A DNA stretch of 41,278 bases from Squatina squatina (Eukaryota), in assembly GCA_031763465.1 (NCBI GenBank), contig JARFOE010000013.1, positions 3,597,677-3,638,954 on the forward strand. Reading direction: 5' to 3'. Below are positions 22,801-36,449 of the stretch, piece by piece; positions within the stretch are counted from its first letter, which is position 1; every line of letters begins with the position of its first letter. The position numbers were made by a program, and so were the translations under genes. A model generated the notes under the pieces. The model saw only the letters and a list, made by a program, of their open reading frames with translations. It was not told the origin of the DNA and ran no database searches.

Positions 22801-24691
22801 TAGTGGGTTATCATAATGTCCTGTCAGCCCAGACAGATGACTTTAAATTCTCCTCTCTCTATTGACTATAAGGGTTCTACGTGCAATGTGTTTGAGCAGG
22901 CCCAATTGGTTGCTTGTGGGCATGAGTTCAAGGCACAAAACGGCCTGCAATTTGGCATAAAATAACACTAAATTGGAAATCTCATTCACGATGGTGTAGA
23001 AAATGGAAATGTCACATTGATGCAGTACAGGTGTACTTCGGAAGCTGACTTTGAGTCACATGGTTGGATGAGAGTAGAAAGAGCGTGAGCTCAAATATTT
23101 CACTCAGCAGTTGTTTCCAATATGCAACTACTTGTTAGCACCGTTCCTTGGTGTTAACATCTTTCACCTTCANNNNNNNNNNNNNNNNNNNNNNNNNNNN
23201 NNNNNNNNNNNNNNNNNNNNNNNNNNNNNNNNNNNNNNNNNNNNNNNNNNNNNNNNNNNNNNNNNNNNNNNNCAGATACTCCCAGCTCTGTGTTTAGCAA
23301 GTATCTCTCAAATATATACCTTTTGGAAACACACTGGTCACACTCGTCAGTCAACAGCTATCCACAACAATTAACATCTGGTCAGGTACCCACTTACAGT
23401 TAGCGTTAGGGATGGTGTTCCGGTGTACTCCCACCATTAACTCCAGGTCTGACCAAGAGTCACATTTTCCCTTTTCAATGTGACTGCATCATTAATGACC
23501 TGGAACAAGGCCTTCGATTATTTTTTTTTGCTAGTTTTTTAAAGTGTTTTTGAGGCATCAGAATGCTTGGAGCAGAGTTCAATGAGCACAAATTATCCAT
23601 TAATACCTTCTTCCAATGTTTCACCGATCTTTATTCATGCCTACATTTCCATTAAGATTAACAAACATGAATGTAAAGCTCTGCAAGCCTATTATAGTTT
23701 TCTTTTCCTCACGAAAGCCCTGAAATCAGCTGCACTTTCTATTTTGCCGGAGGATAGTGTTTAGGGTCCACAGAGAGATGCTGTAATTAAAAAAGAACTT
23801 TAGAAGAATCTTTGAAACTGAGTAATACTGTTGAGCAGGCACACTCATCCTTGCCAGACACAAATGCAGGACTGAAAATGATTTTTTTATTGCGAGTAAA
23901 CTTCATTTTATAATCTGATACCTCATAATGTAGTTATGGCACCCAGGAGTATATATCATGCCAGGTATTATATTAAATTTAAATCGACAGTTCATAACAT
24001 TTGCCAGCAACTGTGCCTTTACAGCTCTGCTCACAGTCTACTCAGCAAATGAAGAAATGTTCTGGGATANNNNNNNNNNNNNNNNNNNNNNNNNNNNNNN
24101 NNNNNNNNNNNNNNNNNNNNNNNNNNNNNNNNNNNNNNNNNNNNNNNNNNNNNNNNNNNNNNNNNNNNNGTGTTTGAAAATTGTATTGAATTTTTGAACT
24201 TTTAGTTAATAAATTAACTATAGCGTGGTAGTTGTTAAATGATGTCCTTGCCTTTTCATTTTCCTGCAGGGCAGTATCACCATCCATTGCCACTCTCAGC
24301 TCCAACCAACCTGGATACCTTCCCTTCATGTTTAATTTGTTTAGTTAATTCATGTAATTACTATCTTATTTTCCATGCGGTGGAATACTGGCTGGAATCA
24401 CAGTAATTATATTCAAATTTAATGACTCTGAGATTTCTGCGATATATCATGTGGCTCAGTATTATAGAATGACCTCCAGCCTTGTTTCGGCAAATGACCC
24501 TTGTTAACCTGCATTACTTATACAGCCGGATAGTGAATAATCTAAAATTTCATTGTGATCAAATAATACTCTTCTACTGTGCTGCACATTGGCTTACATT
24601 GCAAGCTCTTGTGAAATGCATTCAAGTGACCAAGTAATTCTTTAGTCAAAGGGAGCTGTGTCATTATATGAAAACCTTAACAAATATGAAA

Positions 24692-25140
24692 GGGGTAATT
24701 TTGATCCTGCCCAGCTCGTTAAAATCAGGGGGGAGACTTATCGACTATTGTCCCGCTTCCTTCCCGCCATCTTCAATTTTAACCTGTTCACAGGCAGCAA
24801 AGACAGCCCCCTGTAACTGGCCGGGACCTTCTTTAAATGCGTGGAACGGGCTCTGATGACACCATTGGAGCTTGACTGCCAATTTAACCGGTGGCCTGAG
24901 CGGAAGAATTCGTTGTGGCCTCCTCGTCAATTGAAGCTAGTGGGAAGAAGAGTCAGGCCAGAAGAGAACCAAAGAGATAATTTTTTTAACCTCTTTTTTT
25001 GACTTTTCTTGTGGTGCTAGGAGGAGCTGGTCAGGGCCCTACAAGGAACATTTTAGGACCCCCTGTCCCAGGCTCTCCCCTTTCCCGATCATGAGGCCTT
25101 TCCAATTTCACTCCCTGCAACTTACCTGAGTGCCAGATAC
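24692..25140. mobile_element. Probable non-autonomous DNA transposon remnant (Harbinger-like)
   Basis: Starts ggggtaatttt; a GC-richer block with tttaaatgc...tgacac motifs like the other elements here. Boundaries approximate. Confidence 0.4.
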
Positions 25141-25280
25141 CTGAGCTGACTCTTTCCACAAATGCACAAAGGCTTAGGGAAAGACATGTGAATTAGATTG
25201 CATTTGAGTACCTCTATTCCTATACGTTTGCAGAATGTCAGAACCTAGAGTAGCTGGATATGGCAGGCACAATATTTTAA

Positions 25281-25394
<114 letters not shown>

Positions 25395-25495
25395 CNNNNN
25401 NNNNNNNNNNNNNNNNNNNNNNNNNNNNNNNNNNNNNNNNNNNNNNNNNNNNNNNNNNNNNNNNNNNNNNNNNNNNNNNNNNNNNNNNNNNNNNN

Positions 25496-25562
25496 AAAGG
25501 TTCGGCACAACATCGTGGGCCGAAGGGCCTGTTATGTGCTGTATGTTCTATGTTCTATGTTC
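25496..25562 (+). mobile_element. CR1 or HE1-SINE-type 3' end with (tgttcta)n tail
   Basis: ggttcggcacaacatcgtgggccgaagggcctgtt.tgtgctgtatgttctatgttctatgttc. Confidence 0.8.
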
Positions 25563-25974
25563 AACACGCCATTCACACTACATTGCAAAATGGCCAGCCA
25601 TGATGTCAGAGGCAAGTTCACAGGCCCCATCTCTGGATCATTTCCAAGCATTCCAACAGAACTCTACTTCTGTTTTAGCCAACGATAACTTATTCATCTG
25701 CTGGCCCTACCCCACCCGGTGTTCTGTGTCACTTGTTCCAGCTTGCTTTCTGTCACCTTGACTGTCGCCTATTTGAGTTACTTTAATGTGCTGTAAATTC
25801 AGGTCACCATGGAGTAATGGTGCCTTGCCTGCTCAGTGTTATGTTCCACACCCTGAATAGGATGCAAGAAAAAGCTTTTTGTCTGAATCTTGTTTCAATC
25901 GCAGCTTGTCTTGTCTCTCTCTATTATATCAATGCTGCTATGGGCACTGCTTCTCTGCAGTGTCCTTTGGTGTC

Positions 25975-26260
25975 AGCTTGGCTCAGTGTAGCACTCTCGC
26001 GTCTTGACTCAGAAAGTTGTGGGCTCAGGGCCACCTGCAGGATTGAGCACACAACTAGGCTGGTGCTTCAGTGCAATACTGAGGGTGTGCTGCACTGTCA
26101 GAGATGCTGTCTTTCGTATGAGATGTTAAACTGGGGCCCCTTCTGCCTTCTCAGGTGGAAGTTAAATATCCCATGGAACTATTTGAAGAAGAGCAAGGAA
26201 GCTTTCTTGGTATCCTTCGCAACATTTATTTCTCAAACCACGTCACCAAAAGCAAAAGCA
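25975..26260 (+). mobile_element. Deu-domain SINE with tRNA-like head
   Basis: Head tggctcagtgtagcactctcgc..tcagaaagttgtgggctcag followed by the Deu core; collinear with 36115-36449. Confidence 0.85.
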
Positions 26261-27413
26261 GGGTTGTTGTTCCATGCATTAAGCTGTTGGAAAGCTCTCA
26301 CTTTCCCTGTTAGCACTGCCGTAGTTTTTCTAAGTCTACACACCACATGAGTGCCCAGCTCAGTTCCATTAAGTTTTTATTACAGCTCCCTCTTGTCATG
26401 CCAGAAAATGAGAGTATTCCTGTCAGTTTTGTTTCTGGATTCCTCAAGCTCCCGAGCGACTTCAACAACTTTGGCTTGTCTGTTCGTTATCGCCAATTCT
26501 TTTTGTAAATTATCTATTTACTGTTGCTTACCAGAGCCATCAGCTGTCAAATATTTACAGAACTTGAATTTAATCATATTTGAGGTTGTACNNNNNNNNN
26601 NNNNNNNNNNNNNNNNNNNNNNNNNNNNNNNNNNNNNNNNNNNNNNNNNNNNNNNNNNNNNNNNNNNNNNNNNNNNCACCAGCACAGTCAGGAAATAGTG
26701 GAATTTAATCTGTGAGCCTCTAAATGATGGCCTAGTGCATTGAAATCGAGAAGTTAGTGCCACACCACCAAAGCTAGCAGGCCACATTAGTGTATCTTTT
26801 TAATTAAGCAATCATTTCTGCACTTTTTGGAATGATATTGATTTTGAAATAAGAAGTAATAATGGTGAACAGTTATTTAGAAAGGCAAATCAATAATTAT
26901 TGAGCCTTAGGTAAGGGCCTTTTCTATGGTAAAGCTTTATATATGCTGTCCAATAATAAAACTAATCTATACTGCTGAATAAACAATGACATAATTTCCA
27001 AACAAAAATAATTAGCAGATGGCCATGTGCACCAACACTTTGTGTTATTTTGCTTCCTGTTTTCTGGCTGGTTAGTCTTCAGCTTAAGACATTAACCCTT
27101 TAAGTGCTGAATTTTCCGCATGTAATACAGACCCTCCTACAAAATTTGTCAATGAAAGTAATACATTGAATTCAGTACCTGTCACATTTCAGGACTTTTT
27201 GACCATTTTTCCACAGAATAAAAAAGCAAGGTTACTTTTAATGTTTTTTTAAGCAAGGTGCATTCTCACAAGTTTAAAAAAAAGGCACCTAGACGAAAGG
27301 TGGTTAATATATTNNNNNNNNNNNNNNNNNNNNNNNNNNNNNNNNNNNNNNNNNNNNNNNNNNNNNNNNNNNNNNNNNNNNNNNNNNNNNNNNNNNNNNN
27401 NNNNNNNNNNNNN

Positions 27414-27846
27414 CTATCCCTGCTGTTCACCTCCTCTACTATTTGGAGCCTGGCTCCATTTGTCTCCTGGGGAGGTCTCTTCCACCCATAGGAATGGAAG
27501 AGGACCTCCCTGTGTGCTCTGACTCCCTCCACAAGCAAATGGATTGAGTCTTTGGAGAACCTTGGTGCAGCCCTCTGCCTCAGTGTAATCATGTTTGGCA
27601 CTCTTTGTTGCTGTCTGATTGTGCTGCCTGCACTATCTTAGATGAACCTTGAAATGCAATGTGGCCATGGTTCCTTTTAATATCCCAGCTGAAAACACGT
27701 CATCGCTGACGTCATTTAATAGGGCCTGGTTATGCCCCATTAATACAAAGTCAATCTCAGGAGCACCATGGGATAACGAATGGAGTCACCGCCTGCCATG
27801 ACGACTGCCCGCACCCAACCTGCCCAGGTACAGAAAATTCTGGCCC
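27414..27846 (-). mobile_element. Harbinger-type element end with Myb/SANT-like ORF start
   Basis: RQRAAPRFSKDSIHLLVEGVRAHREVLFHSYGWKRPPQETNGARLQIVEEVNSR; TIR-like gaaaattctggccc at 27833-27846. Confidence 0.78.
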
Positions 27847-30537
27847 ATGGCTTCTGTCTTCCCAGTATTTAGTTGGAGGAAAATAATTACAGTGGCATTA
27901 AGTACATCAATCCACTATTATCTTTTACTTGCTTTTCTACATAGTTATTTCTTGTAATAAACAATTCTTAGGTGAACATTCGATATATATTGTGGTGTTT
28001 CCCCATCTACCAGTGAAATCAGGAGGGTATGGTGGCATCTTGTATCATTTCTGGTACAACCCATTAGTAAAAGAATATGTAGCTCTCCTGTATGCTGTAG
28101 CACATTCACTGCAAACTATAAGGTTAATTTTCAGTTCATAAAAGGTGCAGGTCTGTTTTTAAAAATTGTCTTTTATCTTGATCTTGAGTACAGAGCATTG
28201 TGAGAGGGTCTTAACTGCGATATTAGCTTTTAGTCACTTAAAATATTTGTAGGACATTCCTCTTTCTGCTATTTTAATGGAGGTATAAATTTATTTAAGG
28301 TGGTAAACAGTCATCTGCAAATATTGGCAGAAGTAATTTCTTGGCTTAAATATTTTATTCTACTGGGAACCCCATTGTGCTTCCATTGTGAATGTTGACC
28401 CCTGTAGGCTTGGAGCTGATTGCCTCTGTACATTTTCAGATACTGCACCTGTAAGAGAGGGAAAAAAAGACCAGGGAGGAATTGTCACAAATCTCACAGA
28501 ATAAACGTGGTGACACATTAATTTTAATTACTTTAATCTAACCAATTACGCGTGTCCATAGTAAAGTATATCAAAGGGCCAGTAATAATCCCTCTAACAT
28601 TAAACCTGTTGGCTTGCAGAAAAGAATTTAGCAAAAACAAAATCAACATAGATTAATAAGTAAAGTGCAATCTGAAAATTTCTCAACAGAATTACAAACA
28701 TAATTAGTAACTAATTAAATTGCCTTCCAAGCAGCCCTCCAGGCATCACTGTGCACCAGAGAGGCCTGGGGGTCTTTGCAGGACTGACAGCAAACTTCAA
28801 TATCCTGAAGCTACAAACTTCATGGGTCACATCTCTTGCTGATATGCAGCTAAAGGTCAGAGATGGATACATAAACTGCATCCAAGGAGAAAAAGCTTTT
28901 GCTTGGGCCCATTATGATTCACTTTGAAAGGGTCAGGATCTTAGCTGCCTAAAGCTTTTTCTTTTCCAAAGAGCATAATTTGCTCTCTTTTTTTTGTGTG
29001 TGGGTGGCTTAAAAATCTTCTACTAAGCACAGGATTGTTATGTCATCCCACATAAAAAGAGTTCTCTTTCTTCTTAGGTGTCAGTAAGATTCCAATAACA
29101 GGCAAACTGGTCTCGTCAATGTGCAGAATGCATAGATTTCAATCCTTCATGAGCTGGAACCTCACTAGGGCCAATATTCTGGGCATTGAGGATTGAATAA
29201 AAGCTGAGAGAGGTTGGAGATCAGGTCCAGTCACCACCAATGGCAATCNNNNNNNNNNNNNNNNNNNNNNNNNNNNNNNNNNNNNNNNNNNNNNNNNNNN
29301 NNNNNNNNNNNNNNNNNNNNNNNNNNNNNNNNNNNNNNNNNNNNNNNNGTGTTCCTTTACCTTTGAATTTGAAAATTCTAATGACTTAAAAATCTCTACA
29401 TGAAAAATGGGCCATCAAAAGTAAGTTAATGATTAGTAAGAAGTGAGTTATAAAGTGTTAAAAACCTTGTTAAGGTCATAAACGATGAACTCGTGCCACA
29501 TACTAAAGCTGCACAGTCACGTTGCAAATAAATATTTTATTCCAAGCTAGACCCAGAGTGAGTGAGCTGAATGGAGACCATAATTCTGTAGTATTATCAC
29601 AGCAGTGAAAGAAATTATTGTTACACAGGAGGGTTTTCTTTTTTGGCAGGCAGCATGGCTGCAATGGCTGTTGCCAGGTATATTACAGTAGAAGGAGGAA
29701 AGAGCAGCCTCGTAGCGCAGAGGGCACAGGAGGAGGCTTGGTAGTTTGTCATTCGGCCCGCGAAGACCAGCACAGTCAACCAGTGGTAATGAAGGACACC
29801 ACTGCGCTCAATTTAAATGCAATAGGGGCCTTTCAGTTACCCACAGGGAACATCTCTGGAGTCAACTACGTGGAGAATGGATGCTTTCTTCTCTGAACTA
29901 TACTAAAATGACAGACCGTAAGATTATTAAAAGTGAGTGTTCTTAAATTGTGAAATGTTAGGAGGGCATCTCCACAACAGAGCTTACAAGTGCACTGCCT
30001 GGTTGATAAAATGTACCTCATGGAAATTGTGTTGAGTCATACTCTATCAACATTGTGAATTTCATGGGTGGATTGATGAAAATGTTGCCATTTATGCCAA
30101 CTTTAGCTGAATGCGAAATGTCAAAAGATCGTCACTGCAGATGTGCTATGGTGGAAGATATTCCTTTCAATTTCTAACAAAATCACATTTTCAGGCATCG
30201 CATGTTTCAAACAATGACATTCCCATGATTTCATCAGTGAGTTGTACATTCTGCTGAGCAATGAGCATTTCTCATAGTATTTGTTTAGGACAGAGACAAA
30301 AATGACCCATAATTTGGAGTCTTGTTCGTCATTATCAAAACCTGTGCAGATTCGCACCACTTCATACATTAATACAGAAATTGTGGGCCACGTGTGATGC
30401 TGGGAATTATGAAGCACCTCACACGTTTAATGCAGTANNNNNNNNNNNNNNNNNNNNNNNNNNNNNNNNNNNNNNNNNNNNNNNNNNNNNNNNNNNNNNN
30501 NNNNNNNNNNNNNNNNNNNNNNNNNNNNNNNNNNNNN

Positions 30538-30914
30538 GGGTGCAAAAGACTGCCCCTTTAAGGGGCGGCCTGGGTGTCAATGCTCGACAGCTTCGCACCC
30601 CGTGAAGCTGGCAGTGCCATTGCCGGCCACCAGCCTTGCATCCAACGGAGCAATTTCCCCTGCGGAGTGCAAAAGGGTCGCTGTGGGACGGTGAGGGGTG
30701 AGCACTCATGGTGATGATGTTATTGGCAGTTGCGTGCAGGTCTGGGGCGTTAATCGCGGGTCATGGCGCTAATGGCCCAGCACCTCCGCGATCTCCTGGG
30801 CAATTTCCCTGGAGGCAATAGTGCACCCCTCACCCCGGGCAAAACTTACTTAATGCCCCGCTAGTGCCACACGATGGCGCTACCAGGGCTATAAAAAGGG
30901 GCAATTTCAGCCCC
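30538..30914. mobile_element. GC-rich DNA transposon (Harbinger-like) end
   Basis: Ends in gcaatttcagcccc (reverse ggggctgaaattg), with internal repeated gcaatttccc and gcgct motifs and a sharp return to AT-rich DNA. Confidence 0.6.
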
Positions 30915-33015
30915 AAGATATTTAGAGATTGGTGATAATCTCACTTCTGTTGCCCATTAGGAATATATTTTGGTGCAATTTACACTATGAAGTGTTCCCA
31001 TTAATGGTGATGTATATGGCCTGAATAAAATCTAGATAGTTATTTTTCATTGTATGTATAATAAATTGAGTATGTATATTCTTCACAAGAAATGGTCTTG
31101 ATAGGGAGTCACCTTGTTCGAAATGGGAAAGGTCATATTTGTCAAAGATGTCACCTGAAGTTCCAGGCCCTCACAGTCCTCCCAAGATAACTCCAGTGCT
31201 GGCCTAAACAAAAGGATTGGCAGGAGCCATTAAATTTACAGTGTTTCATGGTCTCCAAGATTTTGTAAGGTAAGTTATATACTACCCCTCTGAATTGCTG
31301 ATTTAAATACATTGAAAACATTTACAGTACATGGAAAATAAAGAGCAGCAACTGGAGTCCATCCTGAGTTAAGAATGATGGATAATCTTAATTTGCTGGA
31401 GAGCAAATTACCCCTGCTTATTTCAAACTAAATGGCTAGCACTTTTTTCTCAGATGACTTATAGCTCATTGATTTGGATTAGTAAAATAGTATTAGAGTG
31501 ATACTTGTAAACATAATTGATTCTGTAAGACAGTTTTTGAAGGTTAAACCTTACCCAGTGAAATTTGAGCCAGCTTCGATGAAATCAAACTGCCAACGCA
31601 GAGACCATATAAAGACATTTAAAGTTCTGCTTACAACATTCATTTTTATTGATCACAGCACAGGTAACCTTAAGCTGGTTGTGCTTAAGCAGGAGGATCA
31701 TATTGAATTCCATGAGCAAGGAAGCTTAAGGCATCTTTAATTTTATTCCTCTAGAACACTGACACCTTATTTAAAATCTGACAGGAGAACTTGAAAGACC
31801 AGGCAATACCTTTTATTATCAGAGCCTGGGCTCTAGCAGAGTGGAAAAATACTCCTAATGCATCCTCAGAGAGCAGTAACCTCAACAGATGAAGAGCACT
31901 TTTGTGAAAAGTCTAGATATGAAAACTGCATTACACAGACCTGCATGAAAGTGTGACCCTTCTAATCATAGTCAGTATTGATAGCTATTCACACTGGATT
32001 ACTTTGCAGTTTTAAATTGATCCTGACATTTGAATTCAGAGCAACATGCATTATACAATAAAAAAAGATTCTCTGAAAAATGAATCATTGCACATTTTCT
32101 GTTGGTATTGATTTCCTTTCACTGTGTAAAATACATGTTAGCTTAAAATGCAATTGCAGTTTAGTAAACAATATTGATCATGATTTTGCTACAAACTGAG
32201 TTTTGACTGCCGGAATCTATTATAAGAATCACATGGTGGAGGAAATGATGATCATAAAGAGGCTGCAAATTGTAATTAAGCATTTTTTCATAATATTAAT
32301 GCACAGCNNNNNNNNNNNNNNNNNNNNNNNNNNNNNNNNNNNNNNNNNNNNNNNNNNNNNNNNNNNNNNNNNNNNNNNNNNNNNNNNNNNNNNNNNNNNN
32401 NNNNNNNTTTTCTCTCAAGTTAATGATTCGCTGCTAAGAATCATCTTTTTTCAGAAAATGTTTTAAAGCCACACATTCCTGTGATTTTCTTAGTGGGCTG
32501 TAAACTGGAAAGAAACATTGCCTTTATTCTTTAAAAAAAAAGAGGAATTGTACCATGCTTCCTGAAGATGGTGCACATATTTATATGGTGATTTGTGTTT
32601 GCTTTTGTATGTATATTTGTATGTGTAGCAGTACAATCCTTGCAGTTGTGGTAAGAAAATGACATGGCCTACAACACGGGTTCTCAAACTATGGGGCATT
32701 CTTTGCTGGTAGGGTGAAAGGCCCCTTAGGTGGGTAACTGTGAGGGGCTGGAAGGAATCAGAACTCATGTGATTGTTTTCAACCTGTGTCAATGATACAG
32801 CAGTAGTATCATCGTTGCTGCAATCCATGTCAATGGTCCATTCACTCCCCAGGCACATTTAGCTCTTCCTCCTACTCCTTGTGCATATTTAGTTCTCCTG
32901 CCCAATCCTTATGTACATTCAGCTCTCTCTTCAGATCCCAGTGAAATTCTGCTGTGCCTAATTTCTGTACATGTTCATCTCTTCCTCCTTCTCCTTGAAG
33001 AAAACAAATTCCACT

Positions 33016-33104
33016 GGAGGAGGGGCGAGAAAGAGAAGAGGAGGGGGGGAGGGGAAGAGGAGGAGAAGGGGGGAGAAGAGAAGAGGAGGAGGAGGAGGGT
33101 GGAG
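33016..33104 (+). repeat. Polypurine (GA/GGA-rich) low-complexity tract running into a gap
   Basis: Nearly pure G/A sequence ending in (gga)n. Confidence 0.9.
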
Positions 33105-36100
33105 ANNNNNNNNNNNNNNNNNNNNNNNNNNNNNNNNNNNNNNNNNNNNNNNNNNNNNNNNNNNNNNNNNNNNNNNNNNNNNNNNNNNNNNNNNNNNNNN
33201 NNNNNNNNNNNNNNNNNNNNNNNNNNNNNNNNNNNNNNNNNNNNNNNNNNNNNNNNNNNNNNNNNNNNNNNNNNNNNNNNNNNNNNNNNNNNNNNNNNNN
33301 NNNNNNNNNNNNNNNNNNNNNNNNNNNNNNNNNNNNNNNNNNNNNNNNNNNNNNNNNNNNNNNNNNNNNNNNNNNNNNNNNNNNNNNNNNNNNNNNNNNN
33401 NNNNNNNNNNNNNNNNNNNNNNNNNNNNNNNNNNNNNNNNNNNNNNNNNNNNNNNNNNNNNNNNNNNNNNNNNNNNNNNNNNNNNNNNNNNNNNNNNNNN
33501 NNNNNNNNNNNNNNNNNNNNNNNNNNNNNNNNNNNNNNNNNNNNNNNNNNNNNNNNNNNNNNNNNNNNNNNNNNNNNNNNNNNNNNNNNNNNNNNNNNNN
33601 NNNNNNNNNNNNNNNNNNNNNNNNNNNNNNNNNNNNNNNNNNNNNNNNNNNNNNNNNNNNNNNNNNNNNNNNNNNNNNNNNNNNNNNNNNNNNGTGATTT
33701 ATTTAAAATGCTATACTCCAGTCATTCTCCAACTTTACATATTCTTTTCCCAAAGATTTACTTTCTTTGAGAAGCACTTAACAATCAAATTAGCTTCCTG
33801 ATTTGAATTAAATCATTCCTATTTCTCATTCTGACCTTGTAGGGAGAAATTCAGAAATTTGAGTATTGAATTTTCCCACTAATGAACTCAGATTTTATTG
33901 TTCTGCAGGATCCAGCTGACATTGCTGTACTGATCAAATCCTGACAACTTTTACTGAGACTAGAGGGCTGAGCAGGTGTGAATTTGGTAGAAATTGACTA
34001 ATAACCAGAATTTGTTCCAAGTTTTTCAGAAAAAAAAGTTTTTCGATTCGGTATTGGTTGTAGCTGTGCTTTTTTGTCTAGGCGAGGGCTTTCCCCTTTT
34101 GCCCTCTTGTGAAATCAAGCAGGCTCGTGCACCAGATGACTGTAACTTTCTCTGCCTCTCATTCTACTGCTAGCTGTCCAGTTCACAGATATGTGAAGCA
34201 GATGACTGAGACACTGGTTGCCCGGACAACTGATTCCATGACTTTCCCCATGGGCAGCTGCCCTTCATCTTGGACCTCAGTCGGTACAAACCAGCCAGGT
34301 GGTGCCTGCCAACATAGGGAGAGTGGAGGAGCCCCAATACCTCAGGGCAACTATCACCCTGTGCTTGTTATTTTTATCACTCACTTACATGAACACAGTA
34401 AACCAATTTACCATGATACTATAATCTATGCAAGCACTATTTCTGGGGATTCTTTTCAGTCACAGTTCCAACATATTTTTTCTTGCATCTATAAGTATTC
34501 CTGAAGATCAAACTNNNNNNNNNNNNNNNNNNNNNNNNNNNNNNNNNNNNNNNNNNNNNNNNNNNNNNNNNNNNNNNNNNNNNNNNNNNNNNNNNNNNNN
34601 NNNNNNNNNNNNNNGGTGAGGTTAGTGCTGGGGGACATTATTGGAGCTGACTGTACTTCACCTCAGCTAAGTGTGCTTCAAGCTGATGCTGGGTGCCTGA
34701 ATTGGAATAGGTTTTATTTCATAGAGCTACCATCTGTCACTTTAAGCACAAAAAAATCACAAAAATAAATCCAGATGTGTTATTTTTGTATCAATAACTC
34801 CTGGTGCGAATTTGATCATGAGTGTGACTATTATTTTGACCTTGCTATCACTATCAGCAGCTCATATGAGATGATCACTATGGAATGGTGTTAGACTACT
34901 GTGATGTTCTCTCATGTACAACTCATTTATTAAGTTAGCAAATGGGGTGACTGACTAACTCGTTAGAGAGACATTTTGTTATTGTATTCCCCAGTATATC
35001 TCAGAAATGACAAGACACTTATTCAGTATAGACACGGAATAATGTCTGCAGCTTTAGCAGGATTAGAAGTTGCTGATTTGAGTTGTGAATTGCTATCTGG
35101 CTTGACAGGTGCAGTACTCCAGAGAGTGGAAGGTTAAAAGATCAGGTGCACATTTTTCAGTTCACAGAAGATTTCTGTCGAATATACATTAGCTCACAGA
35201 TGTAGAACAACCTATCTGTGACCCTTTAGTGCACTTAACTCACAAAGGAAAAATCACTGTTGTGTATGTTCTTGTGGTATTAAGGAGTCAGCATCCCTTT
35301 TCTCTTGCTGGCGTACATATATGGGTTACCATACTGAGTGAGGGACTGCAACAGGATTTATCAGGCTGTGAAGATCAGAGATGCATTGTATCACATCGTG
35401 CTCTGGATAAGTGCTTGTATAGTTTACCCGTCGGTCCAATAGGCCTATTAATGTTCTGCATAAATTTGTTATTGAATGAATATCATTGTATTTTTGAAAA
35501 TAACTCTCATTTATATCAGGTTTTCTCGCTATCTCCAACTTGCCACAATAGCTTTATTAATGTGGCCAATGATCGGAATCTAATTAGTTATCATTGGATC
35601 CGGTTGATGAATGAAACTGACGTGAATGTTTGGAATATTGACTCATACTACCAAGGATACTTGATTTGTTTAGTAGTTCCTAGATTATATAAATTGGAAA
35701 TAAATGGGCTTCACTGTGTTATCATTTGTATTACAGCTAGGCATAAACTATTCTCCTCAATCTAAAATCAATCTTCCAGCTCAATCCATGGAGACAAAAA
35801 CATTCAGATAAAACCGAGCCAATGTTCTTATTTTTTACATGTTCTCTCCTTGTCAGTAATTGTTGGANNNNNNNNNNAGCGTGGATGAATGTACTGTCCT
35901 TTCACCACTGGGAACTGGGATTGACACTCCCGAGACTGATGTGTTGAAGGTCTCCCTCCCATTTGTTAAAATCCCATAATCACAACTCAGTTCCTGGCAT
36001 ATCTAGTTTCACAGCACAAAAAAATCCCCACAGTGCTGTTGGCACGACATTGGTCATCTCAGATGTGGGAGATAGACTGGGCAATAATGGAGTAAGTGGA

Positions 36101-36114
36101 GCTATTCTGAAATG

Positions 36115-36449
36115 GGCCAGCCATGGCTCAGTGGGTAGCACCTTCACCTCTGAGTCAGAAGGTTCTGGGTTCAAATCCCATTCCCAAGATTTTGCACAGT
36201 AATCTAGGCTGACACTCCAGTACAGTACTGAGGGTCTGCTGTGCTGTTGGAAGTGCTGTCTTTCAGATGGGATGCTAAACCGAGGCCCCATCTGCTCTCT
36301 CAGGTGGATATAAAAGATCCTATGGCACTATTTTGAAGAAGAGCAAGGGAGTTATCCCCAGTTTCCTGGCCAATATTTATCCCTCAATCAACATCACTAA
36401 AAACAGGTTTTCTAGCCATTATCACATTGCTCTTTGTGGGAGCTTGCTG
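36115..36449 (+). mobile_element. Deu-domain SINE, 5'-complete with Pol III A/B boxes
   Basis: A box tggctcagtggg (36124), B box ggttcaaatcc (36168), then the Deu core up to the gap. Confidence 0.9.

Noticed and set aside
24250-24345. Strong plus-strand splice acceptor ttttcattttcctgcag
   Set aside because: No convincing donor or recognisable peptide follows; isolated acceptor-like sequences are common.
25817-26350. 177-aa ORF
   Set aside because: Runs through a Deu-SINE copy; chance open frame.
30121-30417. 98-aa minus-strand ORF, possible transposase remnant
   Set aside because: No motif could be confirmed in any frame.
32971-33801. 276-aa and 223-aa ORFs with a Gly/Arg-rich start
   Set aside because: Translation of a GA-rich low-complexity tract plus Ns.
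35229-35765. 178-aa gap-free ORF
   Set aside because: Non-ATG start, no recognisable domain, and composition typical of random AT-rich DNA.
36115-36190. tRNA-like sequence with A and B boxes
   Set aside because: It is the head of a SINE, continuous with the Deu core, not a tRNA gene.
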